NCBI GenBank assembly: GCA_048772705.1
Contig: JBLWGC010000171.1
Span: forward strand, 1-18,868
Direction: 5' to 3'
Length of the DNA: 18,868 bases
From: Leidyana gryllorum EB-2025a
Taxonomy: Eukaryota > Protista > Apicomplexa
Shown: one piece after another, positions 15,589-18,868 of the stretch
Layout of the letters: every line of letters starts with the position of its first letter
Numbering within the stretch: the first letter of the stretch is position 1
Notes under the pieces: generated by a model
Seen by the model: the letters and a program-made list of their open reading frames with translations, nothing else
The model's database searches: none
Told to the model about the DNA's origin: nothing
Translations under genes and position numbers: made by a program

Positions 15589-15681
15589 CGCTCCGAACAC
15601 ACCGGCCTGAAACCCCAAAAGTCCTTCCGTCTTGAGATTCCAGGATAGAAAACGCGTGGAGCGGCGAGCCAACAACATCCC

Positions 15682-15761
15682 GGCAAGATGACCGAGTGGT
15701 CTGAGGCGCTGTGCTCAGACCGGAGTCCGAAAGGTCGTGGGTTCGAATCCCACTTTTGTCA
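15682..15761 (+). tRNA. tRNA-Leu: tRNA-Leu(CAG), stem mismatches shared with 4310
   Basis: CTGTG-CTCAGAC-CGGAG. Confidence 0.72.
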
Positions 15762-15797
15762 GGTTGCGCCCCAAGCGGGAAAAACATAGAGTCCGGT

Positions 15798-15869
15798 TGA
15801 GCCCAGAGTGATTCGAACACCCAACCTTCTGATCTGGAGTCAGACGCGCTACCGTTGCGCCATAGGCTC
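15798..15869 (-). tRNA. tRNA-Trp: tRNA-Trp(CCA)
   Basis: GAGCCTA/TGGGCTC; CTCCAGA loop. Confidence 0.95.
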
Positions 15870-15897
15870 AAAACCATCCCCCGTTCCAGACTCATTT

Positions 15898-15957
15898 ACC
15901 GGCAATCGGGCCCGCTTCTTAGGCGTGACATGCGAAAATAGTAACCACTATCTCGGA
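15898..15957 (-). pseudogene. Degraded tRNA-Asp
   Basis: Same remnant as 4526-4589 with an extra deletion. Confidence 0.65.
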
Positions 15958-16037
15958 CGCTCTGAACACGCCACGGACATTCCATTCGTTCAGAAAACGG
16001 CCGTTACCGTGTACGAGCTTCAACAACAAGGTGTCAC

Positions 16038-16108
16038 GCATGTGTGGTCTAGTGGTAGAATGTCTCGTTGCCATCGAGACGACCCGGGTTCGATTCCCGG
16101 CAGATGCA
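16038..16108 (+). tRNA. tRNA-Gly: tRNA-Gly(GCC), G5:G68 mismatch
   Basis: One change versus 10951. Confidence 0.88.
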
Positions 16109-16213
16109 GAGGACACGTGCTTGTTTTTACCATTCCAACAATTCATGCGTAAGTTGGCCCCACATACGGTCGCGCTAAGTGCTTATTTTCACCGCCTTCC
16201 ATGACTTTCTAGC

Positions 16214-16286
16214 GCCTCGGTAGCTCAGTTGGGAGAGCGCCAGACTGAAGATCTGGAAGTCCCGTGTTCGATCCACGGCCGAGGCA
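16214..16286 (+). tRNA. tRNA-Phe: tRNA-Phe(GAA)
   Basis: CCAGA-CTGAAGA-TCTGG; G20; CCGTG-TTCGATC-CACGG. Confidence 0.96.
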
Positions 16287-16765
16287 GAGAGGTCGTGACA
16301 TCTGGTGTCAGAATTCCTCGCCCCTCAGCTAACCAGGCAGGCCCTGTCTCGATCACATGAGGGGCAGTGGAAGTCCTTGGAGTACTTCAACAACCTCCCT
16401 CAACGGGCTTAGATGCGTGATTTCCTTCTTGGATTGCCTTGTAAGCTTAGGGGCAGAGCGTTTGAGTGGTGAGGTTTCACAAAGTAGTGCATTTGGCCAT
16501 GTTGCCAGCTCGCTTTCTGTCCCGTCACTCCAACCTTTGTAGTCTGTTGGGCTGACACGCGACTCCCACATACTACGGAAGTTCCAGCTCTGGGAGTAGA
16601 GCCACTTCACATGTCAGGCTATCGGGTTTTGTGCCCTTTGATCCATCGATAGGCTGTCTAACACGGACAGGAAACGGGTAACACTTCGGCAAGATGGAGT
16701 GCTGTGCAAGCCGCCGTCCGAAAATGCGGGCGGATGATCGCAACCATGTTTAGGCTAATGACTGA

Positions 16766-16837
16766 AGCCTCCTGCCAGAATCGAACCAGCGACCTTTCGC
16801 TTACAAAGCGAATGCTCTGCCCCTAAGCTAAGGAGGC
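16766..16837 (-). tRNA. tRNA-Thr: tRNA-Thr(TGT)
   Basis: One T-stem change versus 8198. Confidence 0.9.
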
Positions 16838-16941
16838 ATTCCCTGTCTCGACCCATATGAGTTTTTGATGCTGGGAATTGCATCATTTCCACCACAGAAT
16901 TCATGCGTGAGTTGGCGTGTGACCCCTCCAATCACATCGCA

Positions 16942-17024
16942 CGACAACTGCTGGATCTGCACCAGCGCGGCCCAGGCCCAGTTGAATTCCAATCTACCCC
17001 CCTTCCCCACTCGGGCAAGTTGGC
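16942..17024 (-). pseudogene. Degraded tRNA-Ser
   Basis: Shares lesions (GGTGCAGATCC) with 12932 copy. Confidence 0.82.
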
Positions 17025-17112
17025 AACTGTCCATTCCGGCATGCGGCGAGGGGTGGCCCCACATACGGCCGCGATAAGTGCTTATTTTCACCGCCTCCCG
17101 TGCCTACCTACC

Positions 17113-17185
17113 GCCTCGGTAGCTCAGTTGGGAAAGCGCCAGACTGAAGATCTGAAAGTCCCGTCTTCGATCCACGGCCGAGGCA
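17113..17185 (+). tRNA. tRNA-Phe: tRNA-Phe(GAA), same three substitutions as 12772 (possible pseudogene)
   Basis: Identical to 12772 copy. Confidence 0.75.
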
Positions 17186-17450
17186 GAGAGGTTGTGACAT
17201 TTGGTGTCATCCCTCGCAGCCGTGCGACTCGAGCTTGCCAGCAGCGTTCCGCAGATTTTCAATGGGCAATCGTCCACTCCAAGCACGGCATGCAATAGCT
17301 CTTCGAAGTTGGAGACCGCTAGCTCAAAGGGTAGAGTGCACAGATCGCGTGGTGGCCCGCGGTCCCGAACTTGAGTTTGGATGGCGCAAGTCTGCATGGC
17401 TCCGAATGGCAGCCACTCTTCTCGATTCCACTGTTGAGCGAGACCACAAG

Positions 17451-17523
17451 AACGGTGGGCGGGACTCGAACCCACAACCTTTGCCTCCGGAGGGCAACTC
17501 GCTATCCATTGCGCCACCACCGC
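17451..17523 (-). tRNA. tRNA-Arg: tRNA-Arg(CCG)
   Basis: One D-stem change versus 12432. Confidence 0.87.
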
Positions 17524-17719
17524 ACAATCCACAGCCTCACTGTCTCAAACGCCTGAGTCGTCAGTATCGCCTGGCCCCACTGGTTCGAATCTAGCAGCTG
17601 TCGAGTGACGTGGCAGGTGGAGTTCGAAAGACTCGTTATCTTATTTGAGACAGGGCATGAGTCAAGCTTGCTGAACCGTATGTGAAGCCACTGTTCGCGG
17701 GATGCCGAGTTCGACCGTT

Positions 17720-17801
17720 GGCAACTTGCCCGAGTGGTTAAGGGGGTAGACTCGAAATCTACTGGGCCTGGCCCGCGCTGGTTCAAATCCAGCAGTCGTC
17801 G
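17720..17801 (+). tRNA. tRNA-Ser: tRNA-Ser(CGA), one acceptor mismatch
   Basis: GTAGA-CTCGAAA-TCTAC. Confidence 0.88.
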
Positions 17802-17865
17802 TGCGATGTGATCGGAGGGTCAAACACCAACTCACGCATAAAACTCAACCATGTGTCACCTCCTC

Positions 17866-17955
17866 TGCATCTGCCGGGGGGCGAACCCGGGTCGTCTCGA
17901 TGGCAACGAGACATTCTACCACTAGACCACAGATCTACCACTAGACCACAGATGC
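17866..17955 (-). pseudogene. tRNA-Gly(GCC) with 19-nt internal tandem duplication and altered T-loop
   Basis: TCTACCACTAGACCACAGA twice (17915-17933, 17934-17952). Confidence 0.87.
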
Positions 17956-18095
17956 ATAATATCTTGTTGTTTTAGCAGCTGACTGCATATCAGCGCAAGC
18001 CCGTGTTTGAACTCCGCGGGTGCTCTGAAGATGACCTGAAACGCTCAAAGATGTTGGATCTCCATTCCTGATCACGATGCAATGAGTCTGGAGCG

Positions 18096-18165
18096 GGGCC
18101 TGTGGCGGAACATAGCGGGTCTGACTTCAGCTTAGAAAATTGGGCGTTCGAATCACTCAATTAGA
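18096..18165 (+). pseudogene. Degraded tRNA-Trp (anticodon reads TCA)
   Basis: GGGCCTGTGGCG...TCTGA-CTTCAGC-TTAGA...GTTCGAATCACTC; 3' acceptor strand lost. Confidence 0.75.
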
Positions 18166-18341
18166 CCTCATGTTCTTCCCGTACGGGGCGCAACCTGAGA
18201 AGAGTGGGGATTCGGGCCGACGCCCTTCCAGCGCTTTGCGCTGTCTACAGCTTCTTGCCAAGGTCGGAATGGCTCTGATGTTTGATTCTAGCTCAGGGGG
18301 GATCCAGCATCCGGGTCGGCGCCATCTGTCGTCGCAGAAGT

Positions 18342-18416
18342 GGTCGCGTAGCTCAGTCGGTTAAGAGCGTGAGCCTAATAAGCTCAAGGTCCCCGGTTCG
18401 AGCCCGGGCGTGACCA
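18342..18416 (+). tRNA. tRNA-Ile: tRNA-Ile(AAT)
   Basis: TGAGC-CTAATAA-GCTCA; GGTCGCG/CGTGACC. Confidence 0.93.
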
Positions 18417-18516
18417 AGTGAGTGGATCTCTGATAAAGTGTTGCCCTGGACCCGAGGAAGCCCCAACATTCTGCGACCAATACGGGAGGAACTAGTTACT
18501 AAGTCCGAGCTTCCTT

Positions 18517-18588
18517 GCCGCGCCAGCTTCGTCGGTAGACCCCTAGACTTTCAATGGAGAGACCGCGGCTTCGAGCAGCGCGAGCAGT
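18517..18588 (+). pseudogene. Degraded tRNA-Lys
   Basis: Same remnant family as 5151, 5635, 14751. Confidence 0.62.
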
Positions 18589-18651
18589 CCGACTCAAGCT
18601 TGCTGAACCGTATGTGAAGCCACGGGGCGCAAGATGCCAAGTCCGACAGGT

Positions 18652-18732
18652 GGCAACTTGCCGAGTGGTTAGGGGGAACTCGAGTATTCTTACTGGGCCT
18701 GGCCCTCGCTGGTTCAAATCGAGCAGTTGTCG
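18652..18732 (+). pseudogene. Degraded tRNA-Ser(CGA)
   Basis: GGCAACTTG...CAGTTGTCG ends; indels in D and anticodon arms. Confidence 0.82.
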
Positions 18733-18801
18733 TGCGATGTGACTGGAGGGTCAGACACCAATTCACGTAGAAGGCGCAATCAACCTTGGCGCGATCTCCT
18801 C

Positions 18802-18868
18802 TGCATCTGCCGGGAAGCAAACCTGGGTCGTCTCGGTGGCAACGACACATTCTACCAAGAGACCACAG
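18802..18868 (-). pseudogene. Degraded tRNA-Gly(GCC), 5' end beyond window
   Basis: GTAGAATGTGTCGTTGCCACCGAGACGACCCAGG shares lesions with 9255 copy. Confidence 0.8.

Larger units (their letters stand above)
1..18868. other. Dense scrambled eukaryotic tRNA gene/pseudogene array (continues past both window edges)
   Basis: >100 tRNA-derived elements on both strands separated by reused spacers; tRNA sequences are cut at both window ends. Confidence 0.97.

Noticed and set aside
18096-18165. Trp-derived element with TCA anticodon as an opal suppressor or tRNA-Sec
   Set aside because: D-arm degraded, 3' acceptor strand lost and no long variable arm; a decayed Trp copy
47-18850. All ORFs in the six-frame track (60-178 aa)
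   Set aside because: They are translations of tRNA genes and spacers (recurrent PGSIPG, GIEP and VRFP motifs come from T-arms), overlap in all frames, and are not kept open between repeat copies
1-18868. Bacterial, phage or organellar tRNA array
   Set aside because: A34 anticodons in eight families, no encoded CCA, canonical-position Tyr intron, A1-U72 initiator and ATCG T-loop in Ala indicate eukaryotic nuclear genes
1-18868. tRNA-derived SINEs, CRISPR array or integron-like cassette array
   Set aside because: No common SINE body, poly-A tail or target-site duplications; no constant repeat with unique spacers; no recombinase or cas gene
1-18868. 5S rRNA or U6/other snRNA genes in spacers
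   Set aside because: No recognisable conserved motifs (for example U6 ACAGAGA-box context or 5S internal control region) seen by eye; an Rfam scan would be needed to exclude them fully
1-18868. Whole region as pure sequencing noise or amplification chimera
   Set aside because: Variants are mostly substitutions and many are shared between separate copies, implying real duplication history; assembly artefacts at individual junctions cannot be excluded without reads

Overview
No credible protein-coding gene. The whole 18.9 kb is an extremely dense eukaryotic nuclear tRNA gene array with about 60 full-length or near-intact tRNA genes and more than 40 pseudogenes or fragments on both strands, roughly one tRNA-derived element per 180 bp. 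All 20 amino acids and about 36 anticodons are represented, plus a degenerate initiator Met. Eukaryotic hallmarks: A34 anticodons for Ala/Arg/Ile/Leu/Pro/Ser/Thr/Val, no encoded CCA, an intron in tRNA-Tyr, and the A54 T-loop in tRNA-Ala. From memory the Val, Pro, Gly and iMet bodies resemble alveolate/apicomplexan tRNAs; this is unverified. The array is not a tandem repeat. It is a scrambled mosaic of 0.2-1 kb tRNA+spacer modules copied in direct and inverted orientation, with many breakpoints inside the tRNA genes. This produces isoacceptor swaps in identical flanks, flank-recombinant genes, a Glu/Gly chimera, a templated insertion and Ala-bodied genes with Val anticodons. Other notable points are a 7-nt tRNA-Tyr intron, a general lack of oligo-T Pol III terminators, and a conserved foldable spacer between tRNA-His and tRNA-Arg. 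All calls were made by eye; coordinates of degraded remnants and repeat blocks are approximate.
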